Of a DNA stretch of 64,000 nucleotides, positions 8,963-16,599 are shown one piece after another; position 1 is the stretch's first letter, and each line of letters begins with the position of its first letter. Where the stretch lies: the NCBI GenBank assembly GCA_043822245.1, contig JBDRBY010000001.1, positions 4,337 through 68,336 on the forward strand, in the 5' to 3' direction. Both the position numbers and the translations under genes were made by a program. Origin of the DNA: Candidatus Omnitrophota bacterium. GTDB lineage: Bacteria; Omnitrophota; Gorgyraeia; Tantalellales; Tantalellaceae. The notes beneath the pieces were generated by a model that made no database searches, was not told where the DNA came from, and was given only the letters and a program-made list of their open reading frames with translations.

Positions 8963-9618
8963 CTTGCTATAAGCCTTTGCGGTTTTTTATTTTTGGTATA
9001 ATCTCTCGGGCCGCATATTTTTTTCATATCACTCAGGCGGCCGCGCTGTTTTAAACGGTCATAAATTTCCAGCCAGGCGCAGTCCATATCTTTGTCAATT
9101 TCGCATTTCCCCCGTTTGGTTCCGCCGCATGGCCCGTTTACCAAACCTTTGGCACAAGATGTTACAGGACAAATTCCGGCTGTTTGCGAAAGCAGGCATT
9201 CTCCGCACAAAGAGCATTTTTGAGAAAATTTTATTTGTTTCAAGTTCGCTTCAATAATCGCGCCTTGAAAAAGTGTGTCATTGCCGGGAAGTACCTGCTT
9301 TTCCGTAACCTTGGCGGCAATAATTTGAGTTCCCCCTCCGCACGCGAAACTCAAAATCACGTCGGCATTATCTATCAGGGCTTGCTCTTTCCGGTAAAAC
9401 CTTTTTACTTCTACCGCGCTGCATGCGGGGTCCAAAACCGCCATTCCCAGAACTGAAATCTCTTTATCCAAAAGTTTTTTTGCCATGGCCTTTAGCTCCT
9501 CCTCTCCGCCCGTCTTACACGTAGAGGCGCAAACGGCGCATCCTGCTAAAAAGACCTTCGCTCCGCGCTCTATCTTTTCTGTTATTTCCGCAATGGGTTT
9601 TTGTTTTGTGACGATCAT
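8959..9618 (-). CDS. Cys-rich putative Fe-S/Zn-binding protein (MTHFR C-terminal-like / CCG-like domain)
   Basis: Multiple CxxC/CGG motifs (GCAVCASTC, FACGGGT, CSLCGECLL, NGPCGGTKRGKC) and an overlap with the yggS start. Function is not inferable from the sequence alone. Confidence 0.4.
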   Translation of the reverse strand: MIVTKQKPIAEITEKIERGAKVFLAGCAVCASTCKTGGEEELKAMAKKLLDKEISVLGMAVLDPACSAVEVKRFYRKEQALIDNADVILSFACGGGTQIIAAKVTEKQVLPGNDTLFQGAIIEANLKQIKFSQKCSLCGECLLSQTAGICPVTSCAKGLVNGPCGGTKRGKCEIDKDMDCAWLEIYDRLKQRGRLSDMKKICGPRDYTKNKKPQRLIAR

Positions 9619-9840
9619 GATTTAAACTTTTTTTAGGCAAGTGGAAAAAGCCTGTCATTTATGTTTATCCCTTTACCGGTCGGTACCTTATCAGCTCCCT
9701 TGGGCGGCTGTGTCCATATCCTGATGTCTATCACGTCATTGCCTGAAATTCGGATACGCGCACTTTTACATCTTGATATTTGTTTTTGGCGAATACCGCT
9801 ACATCCTTTTCCATATATTCCTCCTAATTTCACGACAGCC

Positions 9841-9868
9841 CATAGCCTGGGTTTAAACCCAGGCTATG
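9841..9868. promoter_or_regulatory. Perfect 28-bp palindrome CATAGCCTGGGTTTAAACCCAGGCTATG (candidate operator or protein-binding site; no flanking U-tract)
   Basis: Read directly. It is located immediately upstream (on the minus strand) of a strong AGGAGG SD. Confidence 0.5.
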
Positions 9869-9944
9869 AACTACCACCAGAGACCCTCAATATCAATAAT
9901 ATACGCGATAAACCCAAAATGCAAAAAAACTGAGAAAAAAGATC

Positions 9945-10049
9945 TTAATCCATTCTTTTTTTTTGAAATATTTTAAAAAAACAAAACACCGCCAGCCCTA
10001 AAATCAAAGCCCACGACAACAACATAAACACCCATCCTAATAAATTCAT
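9945..10049 (-). CDS. Unannotated 34-aa single-TM peptide (MNLLGWVFMLLSWALILGLAVFCFFKIFQKKRMD) translationally coupled to the NSS transporter; candidate small transporter subunit
   Basis: ATG at 10049 lies 3 nt after the TAA stop of the NSS gene (TAACCTATG). There is a hydrophobic core and a basic C-terminus, and the ORF runs to a TAA at 9945-9947. It is too short for the 60-aa track cutoff. Confidence 0.5.
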   Translation of the reverse strand: MNLLGWVFMLLSWALILGLAVFCFFKIFQKKRMD

Positions 10050-10052
10050 AGG

Positions 10053-11621
10053 TTAGTTTCCCTCTTTTTCATTTACCCTTCGTTTTCCCCAGGCAAGTTT
10101 TACCATAATTGCCAGGGCGAGAAACAGTAGGCATAGGCAAACACGGGTTATTATCACGTAAATTTTATTATCCGCGGGCACGTTATCCATCCGCAGAATC
10201 GGAAGCCATTCTTGAAAAACCCACGCGGCAAGTACTGCTATCAGGAAGGCGGGGGTAACGTATTTGATGACATATTTATATGCTGCTGGTATCTTCATAT
10301 CCGCGCCGTGATGCACTTCTTCCCACGCTTTATTTATGCCGAATACCCATCCGAAGAGTATCACTTCAACCGCGGCAAAAAGCACTAAGCAAAATGTCCC
10401 GCCCCAGAAATCTAACTCATCAACGACACCTTTACCGAGGAAAAATATAACAGCGTTACACAATATAAAGGTGACTGCTCCAAATATCGCTACAGCCCTT
10501 TCCTTTGATACCTTGAATTCATCCTCCAAAAACGCGACCGCGGGCTGTGCCAGAGACACCGACGAAGTCACACCCGCGAGGAACAAAAGGCCAAACCATA
10601 AAAAACCAAAGAGTTCAGGCAAAGGCATCTGTTTGAAAATAAGCGGCATTGAAACAAAACCCAGATTAAACGCGCCTGAATTGGCGATATCTCCTATCGC
10701 CATGGGCCCGAAAAAAACAAACGCCGCCGGTATTACTATGCTGGCGCCAAGCACAACTTCCGCGATTTCATTCATGCTTACCGCGGTAAGGCCGGACAGC
10801 GCGACATCATCACCTTTTTTTAAATAACTGGCATATGTCAATATCACGCCAATCCCCACGCTTAGGGTAAAAAATATCTGCCCGGTCGCGGCAAGCCAAA
10901 CTTTCGCGCTTTTAAGAAGTGAAAAGTCAGGGTTCCACAAATATCCAAGCCCACCCGAAACATTCCAATCCGGGTTCGCGTGGTCTAAAACACCGAGAGT
11001 TAACACCCGAATAACCAGCACAATGCCAAAAATAAACAATGTCGGTACCGCGATTTTGCAAAATTTTTCTATCCCCCCGCGTATCCCATGTTTCAGAATA
11101 ACCATGTTGATCGCGAAAGTCATAAGGAAAAATACGTATGCTGGAAGTATGCTTGAAAAATGTTGATTTTTTTCTAAACCCTGAAACCCTCGCAGGAAGG
11201 CCTGCATGGAGGCTTGGCCGGCTATATTCGAATATTTTTGTGTTAAAGAAAAAAAACTATACGCCAAAGTCCAGGACTCAATATAGGTATAATAAATCAT
11301 AATGACAAGCGGACCGAATATACCTATAACACCGAAATATTTGATAAACCTGTTCTTTTTCCAAAGGCTGTGAAAAACACCGGGCGCGCTCGAGTGGCCA
11401 AAACCACCGCCATAACGCCCTATTGCCCATTCAACCCACATAAGAGGAATCCCTACCAAAAGAAGCGCTATGAAATAAGGTATCATAAACGCGCCGCCGC
11501 CGTTTTTCGCGGCTTGTACCGGAAACCGCAAAAAATTTCCTAATCCCACGGCTGACCCCGCTACCGCCATAATAACCCCCAAACGCGATCCCCATAAATC
11601 CCGAGGCTTCATGTTACTCAT
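10053..11621 (-). CDS. Sodium-dependent transporter of the neurotransmitter:sodium symporter (NSS/SNF) family
   Basis: N-terminal NSS signature GSAVGLGNFLRFP...GGAFMIPYFIALLLVGIPLMWVEWAIGRYGG; ~12 TM helices; 522 aa. Confidence 0.85.
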   Translation of the reverse strand: MSNMKPRDLWGSRLGVIMAVAGSAVGLGNFLRFPVQAAKNGGGAFMIPYFIALLLVGIPLMWVEWAIGRYGGGFGHSSAPGVFHSLWKKNRFIKYFGVIGIFGPLVIMIYYTYIESWTLAYSFFSLTQKYSNIAGQASMQAFLRGFQGLEKNQHFSSILPAYVFFLMTFAINMVILKHGIRGGIEKFCKIAVPTLFIFGIVLVIRVLTLGVLDHANPDWNVSGGLGYLWNPDFSLLKSAKVWLAATGQIFFTLSVGIGVILTYASYLKKGDDVALSGLTAVSMNEIAEVVLGASIVIPAAFVFFGPMAIGDIANSGAFNLGFVSMPLIFKQMPLPELFGFLWFGLLFLAGVTSSVSLAQPAVAFLEDEFKVSKERAVAIFGAVTFILCNAVIFFLGKGVVDELDFWGGTFCLVLFAAVEVILFGWVFGINKAWEEVHHGADMKIPAAYKYVIKYVTPAFLIAVLAAWVFQEWLPILRMDNVPADNKIYVIITRVCLCLLFLALAIMVKLAWGKRRVNEKEGN

Positions 11622-12018
11622 AGCCCACCGGACCTCTCAGCTTTTTCTTTTTCGCTCTCTGCCTCTTGTTTTCAAGCATCTTTTCCTTGGCGCGTTTTGA
11701 ACGTTTCCTTTTTTGCCTGCGAATTTTTTCTATTTGTTTTCTCTTCGCCGAAACTTCACCGGTTACCGCATTTTCGATTTTTTCAACCAGTCTCCCGCGC
11801 GCCAAAAAACGATTAACCGCCTGGGATCTTTCGCTGGAGCATTTAACCTCAATTCCCGTTGGATTATGTTTTAGATAAACACAGGTAGAGACTTTGTTGA
11901 CATGCTGGCCACCACAGCCGGAGGATTTGATAAAACGCTCGGTGAGGTCACTTTCTTTTACTCCCCACCCGCGCATCTTTTCTTCAAGCGCCTTTTTTTT
12001 CGCGGACGAAACATTCAT
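11614..12018 (-). CDS. arfB: Alternative ribosome-rescue factor ArfB (peptidyl-tRNA hydrolase, RF-1 domain with GGQ motif and basic tail)
   Basis: GCGGQHVNKVSTCVYLKH plus a Lys/Arg-rich C-terminal tail; ~134 aa. Confidence 0.8.
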   Translation of the reverse strand: MNVSSAKKKALEEKMRGWGVKESDLTERFIKSSGCGGQHVNKVSTCVYLKHNPTGIEVKCSSERSQAVNRFLARGRLVEKIENAVTGEVSAKRKQIEKIRRQKRKRSKRAKEKMLENKRQRAKKKKLRGPVGYE

Positions 12019-12038
12019 TAGTTCACAGGAACCTGTTT

Positions 12039-12986
12039 TTATCTGTTAAAGCAGGCGTCGACAAGATCTTCAAGCTTTGCTGTTGCTAAACACTGCACCG
12101 TGTCAGCTCCGCCGTAATAGATCTTTACTTCTCCCGTGTCTTCTAAAACCGCGCCGCATGTAAAGACTACCGCGTATGTAAGGCCGTTCAGTTCGTAATC
12201 CATACACGGGGAAAGTATCGGCGCTTTCGCGCGGGCAATTATTTTTGACGGATCTTTTAAATCAAGAAGCATAACTCCTAAGTGATAGACGTACTGCGCG
12301 GCACACTGCACGTTAACCGCGTGGTATATGACAAGCCACCCTTTGTTTGTCCGAATGGGCACGGCCCCGGGCCCGTTCTTTTTCCAACCCCATTCATCTT
12401 GTGTAGTGGCAACAGCCTTTGACTGCCCCCAATGTATCAAATCAGGAGAATATGATACCCATATGTATCCTTTTCCATCACCCGTGTTCGGACGATCAAG
12501 CCGGCAGTAAAAACCATTTACTTTTTCGGGAAAGAGAACCCCATTACGGTTATCTGTCTCTGAAATAAATCCTTTCCAGATAAACTGGCGCATATCCGGC
12601 GATTCCATAAGGCCAAGCCGGCATGAATGCCCGCTATGGCAGGCAAATACCAGATAATATTTGCCTTCAATCCTTGCCACTCTCGGGTCGTAGTACATAC
12701 CAGCGGTGTATTCTTTAAATTCATCCGTATCAGGCATTTTAATCGGTTCCGGGCGTAGTTTAAAATCGATACCGTTATCAGAATCCGCGGGCCAGATAAG
12801 CTGTTTCATGGAAGGAGTCTCCACACGGCATAGCATTACATATTTACCTTCAGGGGTTTTTATGCATCCGGAGTTGTACACTCCCTTCGCGGCGACTGGA
12901 ATATCATCTCTGGTGAGAATAGGATTTCCGGGATAACGAACAACAATATTTTCTTTATTTTTTGGGTAAATAACAGGCTGTGTCAT
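12039..12986 (-). CDS. Glycoside hydrolase family 130 (beta-mannoside/mannooligosaccharide phosphorylase-like)
   Basis: GH130/DUF377 five-bladed-propeller signature segments (GVYNSGCIK, LVFACHSG, GVMLLDLKDPSKIIARAKAPILSP); ~315 aa. Confidence 0.7.
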   Translation of the reverse strand: MTQPVIYPKNKENIVVRYPGNPILTRDDIPVAAKGVYNSGCIKTPEGKYVMLCRVETPSMKQLIWPADSDNGIDFKLRPEPIKMPDTDEFKEYTAGMYYDPRVARIEGKYYLVFACHSGHSCRLGLMESPDMRQFIWKGFISETDNRNGVLFPEKVNGFYCRLDRPNTGDGKGYIWVSYSPDLIHWGQSKAVATTQDEWGWKKNGPGAVPIRTNKGWLVIYHAVNVQCAAQYVYHLGVMLLDLKDPSKIIARAKAPILSPCMDYELNGLTYAVVFTCGAVLEDTGEVKIYYGGADTVQCLATAKLEDLVDACFNR

Positions 12987-13026
12987 GTCTTTTCCTTTCT
13001 TATTCAGTGTTTAAAAATTAGGTAGG

Positions 13027-14070
13027 CTATATTGTCAAAACAGAATCAACTGTGCCGAACGCATTTCTTTTCGCGGAAGGATTTTTGGGATCTCTTATCC
13101 ATTCTTCATCTACCAAAAACTTATACCGGTAAGTTCCTTTGTTTAAAATGAAATGAGCTGACCATTCCCCGTTTTCAAGCCTTGTCAATCTGCTTACTTC
13201 CGCCTTCTGCCACCCGTTAAAATCTCCAAGCACGTATACTCCCCCTGCCTCCGGAGCCTTAAACGCGAACTCATGGATAGCGGCCGAAGTATTCACGCCT
13301 TCGGCAGAGAGAATCTCACTCGTTAAATTGTAAAAATCCAAGGCAACGTTAGACTTACAATCAGTCTCAAATATTGTCCTGCCGACCTTGGCCGCTTCTC
13401 TTAATTTCATACTCACGCGCACTTTTGTTTTTAGCAGATATGGCCCCAGTTTGCGTATCGCGTCTTTTTCAAGTTCTCTTACAAACTTTGACCGATGGTC
13501 GTACATATTCATGACAAAAAAAATCGGCGGCCTTCTCCCTGTTTCCTTTTTTAAGAGCCCTGCCACGCGGTACACGCTGTTTATCCCATTAAACGAAAAG
13601 TAGCTCATATCCATCGGGACAACCATCATATCCGCGGCAAACATAGAATTGAGCGTGAGAAAACCAAAACTCGGAGGTGAATCAATTATCACATATTCGT
13701 ATTTTTCAAAAAACCGAGAAGCTAAAAGCCGGGACAGTATAGATGCCGCGCCTTTTACTGTTCCTAAATTAATTTCAGCCGCGCTCAGCATCATGTTTGC
13801 CGGAATGAACGAAAATTTTTCGCGGCCTGTTATAAGCATCTCTGCCACAGGAACATCCTTGCCGCTGAAGCGCGCTTTAAAAATATCGTAAGATGTTTTA
13901 CAATCAGAAGCCTTCTCGCTATATCCCAGAGCGAAAGTTGCGTGCGCCTGCGGGTCCAAATCTATCAGTAAAATCTCACTGCCAAACCGCGCGAGAGCCG
14001 CCGCGATATTCACCGCGAGTGTCGTTTTCCCACAGCCACCCTTTTGATTTGCAATTGATATGACCTTCAT
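13027..14070 (-). CDS. ParA/MinD-family ATPase fused to a C-terminal AMPK-beta-type glycogen-binding domain (CBM48)
   Basis: N-terminus [27 protein letters not shown]...LLIDLDPQ (deviant Walker A). The C-terminal ~80 aa ([53 protein letters not shown]) matches the AMPK1_CBM/CBM48 consensus (GSFNNW...Y.YKF.VDG.W..DP). SD is GAGGAG. Confidence 0.8.
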   Translation of the reverse strand: MKVISIANQKGGCGKTTLAVNIAAALARFGSEILLIDLDPQAHATFALGYSEKASDCKTSYDIFKARFSGKDVPVAEMLITGREKFSFIPANMMLSAAEINLGTVKGAASILSRLLASRFFEKYEYVIIDSPPSFGFLTLNSMFAADMMVVPMDMSYFSFNGINSVYRVAGLLKKETGRRPPIFFVMNMYDHRSKFVRELEKDAIRKLGPYLLKTKVRVSMKLREAAKVGRTIFETDCKSNVALDFYNLTSEILSAEGVNTSAAIHEFAFKAPEAGGVYVLGDFNGWQKAEVSRLTRLENGEWSAHFILNKGTYRYKFLVDEEWIRDPKNPSAKRNAFGTVDSVLTI

Positions 14071-14233
14071 ATTGCTCCTCTTAGACCATTTTTTGGTATT
14101 GTCAAAAGTTTGTATCCGAATTTTTCTTAATCCTTCGCGTCTAAGACGGTCATCTAATATTAACCTTCATCCCCCTCAAACTTGTCATTGCAATCTCCGC
14201 GAAGCAATCTTATATTCTATCCCACCTTAAAAT

Positions 14234-14325
14234 TCTCCCTGGCCCCCTTTTTCAAAGGGGGGAACGTTCTGACGCTCTTTCAAAGCGCGGAAATATATCT
14301 GTCCTTTTTTCAAAAAAGAGAAGCG
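14234..14325 (+). repeat. CCCCCTTTTTCAAAGGGGGGAACGTTCTGAC hairpin repeat (locus 2) plus two degenerate following copies, in the divergent promoter region
   Basis: tccctggccccctttttcaaaggggggaacgttctgacgctctttcaaagcgcggaaa...tccttttttcaaaaaagagaa. Confidence 0.8.
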
Positions 14326-14492
14326 AAACTACTTCATTATTTTTTTCATAATTCTTTCATGTTATTTTTAACATTATCAATTTTTTAATTTGAAAGAAGT
14401 ATAGCACACGAAAATAAAAAGGGAAAGGCGTATTTTTTTTCATAGCCCCTACACAAAGAACAAATTATGTGGCATACTATGACTGAATTTTT

Positions 14493-15380
14493 ATGTTTAA
14501 CATTTTAAAAAACAAAAACACTAACGACCAGATAGATTTTGAATTGTCCCGGACCTACTTTAGAAACTTTTCAAAAGAATCTGACTTTCAAAATACTGAG
14601 TCAAATATTCCATCGACTAAAATCAATCGAGTAAAACAGGTTTTCTTTGGAGCCGCGATTTTCGCGGTCACCGCGGTTATTGTTTTCTTCGGGGTACATT
14701 TTTTAAAAAGCAAAAGTGTTATATTTGAAGTCAAGCTTAACGTCGCGGATAATGCCACAGAAACTCCCGAAGCGTCAGTCCTTTCTCCCGCTCCCGTAAT
14801 GCCGGAGATTGTGGAAAAACAAAAAAAAGAAGAACCTCAGGTAGTCTTCACCAACGGCAGATTCCTTTCCGGATTTGAAAAAACTCTCGAAGGCTGGGAA
14901 CTTCCTGAATGGACACTTCAAAAAAACTCATACTCCGCGTCCTCAATAGCCAGAAGTACCGCCTTCGCCAGCAAAGGAAACGCGAGCGTCGCGCTTTCCC
15001 TTAACTTTCCCGGGACAGAATGGACTAGAGCTCTCATTGAAAACGAAGAATACTTCAATTTTAAAGATTTTGACGTGATTTTAGTGGATATTTACCTGCC
15101 CAAAACGGCTCCACACCGATTGCGTGGAAGTTTTGTCTTCACCACGGGCGACTCTTGGACTTTTATGGAAATGGCGCGCGGCAGACGGCTAAAGCCGGGC
15201 CAATGGACAACGATCGCGGCAAATATATCAGCCGGCAGTACCGACTGGAAAAGTGCTCACATAGACGAAGCGTTTAGACAAGACATCCACAAAATCGCCT
15301 TAAAAATCGAATCTGTAAACGTCCCCTACTCCGGAAGTGTATACATCGACAATATTCGCGTCGCGACAATACAAAAATAG
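14493..15380 (+). CDS. Membrane-anchored hypothetical protein with a C-terminal CBM-like beta-sandwich domain (W/G-rich, CBM11/CBM35-like pattern)
   Basis: N-terminal cytoplasmic stretch, a TM helix (VFFGAAIFAVTAVIVFFGVHFL), then an extracytoplasmic domain with aromatic-rich motifs (EGWELPEW, GDSWTF, GQWTTI, GSVYIDNIRVA). This is one of three plus-strand genes. Confidence 0.35.
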   Translation: MFNILKNKNTNDQIDFELSRTYFRNFSKESDFQNTESNIPSTKINRVKQVFFGAAIFAVTAVIVFFGVHFLKSKSVIFEVKLNVADNATETPEASVLSPAPVMPEIVEKQKKEEPQVVFTNGRFLSGFEKTLEGWELPEWTLQKNSYSASSIARSTAFASKGNASVALSLNFPGTEWTRALIENEEYFNFKDFDVILVDIYLPKTAPHRLRGSFVFTTGDSWTFMEMARGRRLKPGQWTTIAANISAGSTDWKSAHIDEAFRQDIHKIALKIESVNVPYSGSVYIDNIRVATIQK

Positions 15381-15399
15381 CAATTACTTAGCGAAGGAA

Positions 15400-15435
15400 A
15401 AATCCCCCTCTGTCCCCCTTTTTCAAAGTGGGAAG
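15400..15435 (+). repeat. AAATCCCCCT-CCCCCTTTTTCAAAG(T)GGG hairpin repeat (locus 3, slightly degenerate) between convergent genes
   Basis: aaaatccccctctgtccccctttttcaaagtgggaagtcg. Confidence 0.75.
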
Positions 15436-15462
15436 TCGTGTTTGTTCCAAAGGTAGAATGAA

Positions 15463-16488
15463 TTATCCAAACAAATCATCCGCTTTGGCCTTTGAATTCG
15501 ATATTTCAGTTTTTTTTATCTCTTTGTCTGACCAAAGTTCTTCATTCTTGTCCTTGATAAAATATTTTCGGTTTTTCATGGAAACAAAACTGCTCCATGC
15601 CTGGCCCTCTTTGGATTGGGAAACTTGAATCTCTTTTACCGCGTTCGCCTGGGAAACAAGTTCATCTGTCTGATACACAATAGTCGCCTCAAGTGTCTTT
15701 GGAAGCACCGGCGACTGTTGTTCATACTCTCCGTGATGGCTTAAAATAATATGCTCTAAACGCAGGCGTAAATCATTAGGAAAATCCGGCACTTCCTGAA
15801 TTTTTTGACTGAGAATCCGATACCCGATGGCAATATGCCCTATGAGGCCGCCCTCAACGGTATATTCCATCTTTTTTATATCCAATTCGTACACCTTGCC
15901 TATATCATGTATAAATGCTCCAAAGATAGCCGCGTCTCTATCTGCTTCGGGATACAAAGAACACACGTTATCGACTATGAACATAACTTCATAGGTATGT
16001 TCCAAGAGGCCGCCGATATACGCGTTATGCCAATTTTTTGCCCCTATTCCATCTTTAAACAAAACCATTAGCTCTGTATCCCGGATAAAACATTCGGCTA
16101 ACCGGCTTATCCATGTGTTTTTTATGTTCTTCAAATAACCAATCACAAATCCAAAAAACGTATCCCGGTTTTCTGCCACACGCACCATATCTTCGTACCG
16201 AAACGCCCTTTCATCCGCTTTCACGATATGATCCACTTTCAATTGTTTCTCTTCACGATACTTATCCACCACACCCGTCACGCACACAACATCACCGGTA
16301 TCCGCGGCATCATTAAATTCTTCCGCGTTATCCCACAAACGGCCCTCTATTTTACCCGTTTTGTCTGAAAGAGTCATTTGGAGATACGGTTTGTCATATT
16401 TTGTCAATTTTAGTTCCTTTTTCCTAAGCATAAAAAAAGAATCTATTTTTTCGTTAACCTTAAAATCAGAAATAAATTTTTTGTCCAT
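15463..16488 (-). CDS. yhaM: YhaM-like 3'-5' exoribonuclease (N-terminal OB fold plus HD phosphohydrolase domain)
   Basis: OB-fold N-terminus (MTLSDKTGKIEGRLWD) and HD-domain motifs (FIHDIGKVYE...ILSHHGEYE); 341 aa. Confidence 0.65.
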   Translation of the reverse strand: MDKKFISDFKVNEKIDSFFMLRKKELKLTKYDKPYLQMTLSDKTGKIEGRLWDNAEEFNDAADTGDVVCVTGVVDKYREEKQLKVDHIVKADERAFRYEDMVRVAENRDTFFGFVIGYLKNIKNTWISRLAECFIRDTELMVLFKDGIGAKNWHNAYIGGLLEHTYEVMFIVDNVCSLYPEADRDAAIFGAFIHDIGKVYELDIKKMEYTVEGGLIGHIAIGYRILSQKIQEVPDFPNDLRLRLEHIILSHHGEYEQQSPVLPKTLEATIVYQTDELVSQANAVKEIQVSQSKEGQAWSSFVSMKNRKYFIKDKNEELWSDKEIKKTEISNSKAKADDLFG

Positions 16489-16496
16489 GATAACTC

Positions 16497-16580
16497 CTTT
16501 TGTTTCATTTTTTTGTCATTCCCACGAATAGCGGGAATCTGTAACTCGCTTATCTTGATGGATTCCCGCTTTCGCGGGAA
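16497..16580. repeat. Compound ~80-bp inverted repeat (TTGTCATTCCCACGAATAGCGGGAATC ... GATTCCCGCTTTCGCGGGAATGACAA); each arm is itself palindromic
   Basis: Read directly. It lies between the helicase-nuclease stop and the yhaM start. It is a likely terminator or REP-like structure, but no T-tract is evident. Confidence 0.6.
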
Positions 16581-16599
16581 TGACAAATGGGGCAGTTCT

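Noticed and set aside
9633-9833. 66-aa minus-strand ORF from the six-frame track
   Set aside because: It has no ATG (the track start is a non-ATG codon). The strong SD upstream is in register with a different, 27-codon frame. It has no recognisable similarity, so it is kept only as an observation.
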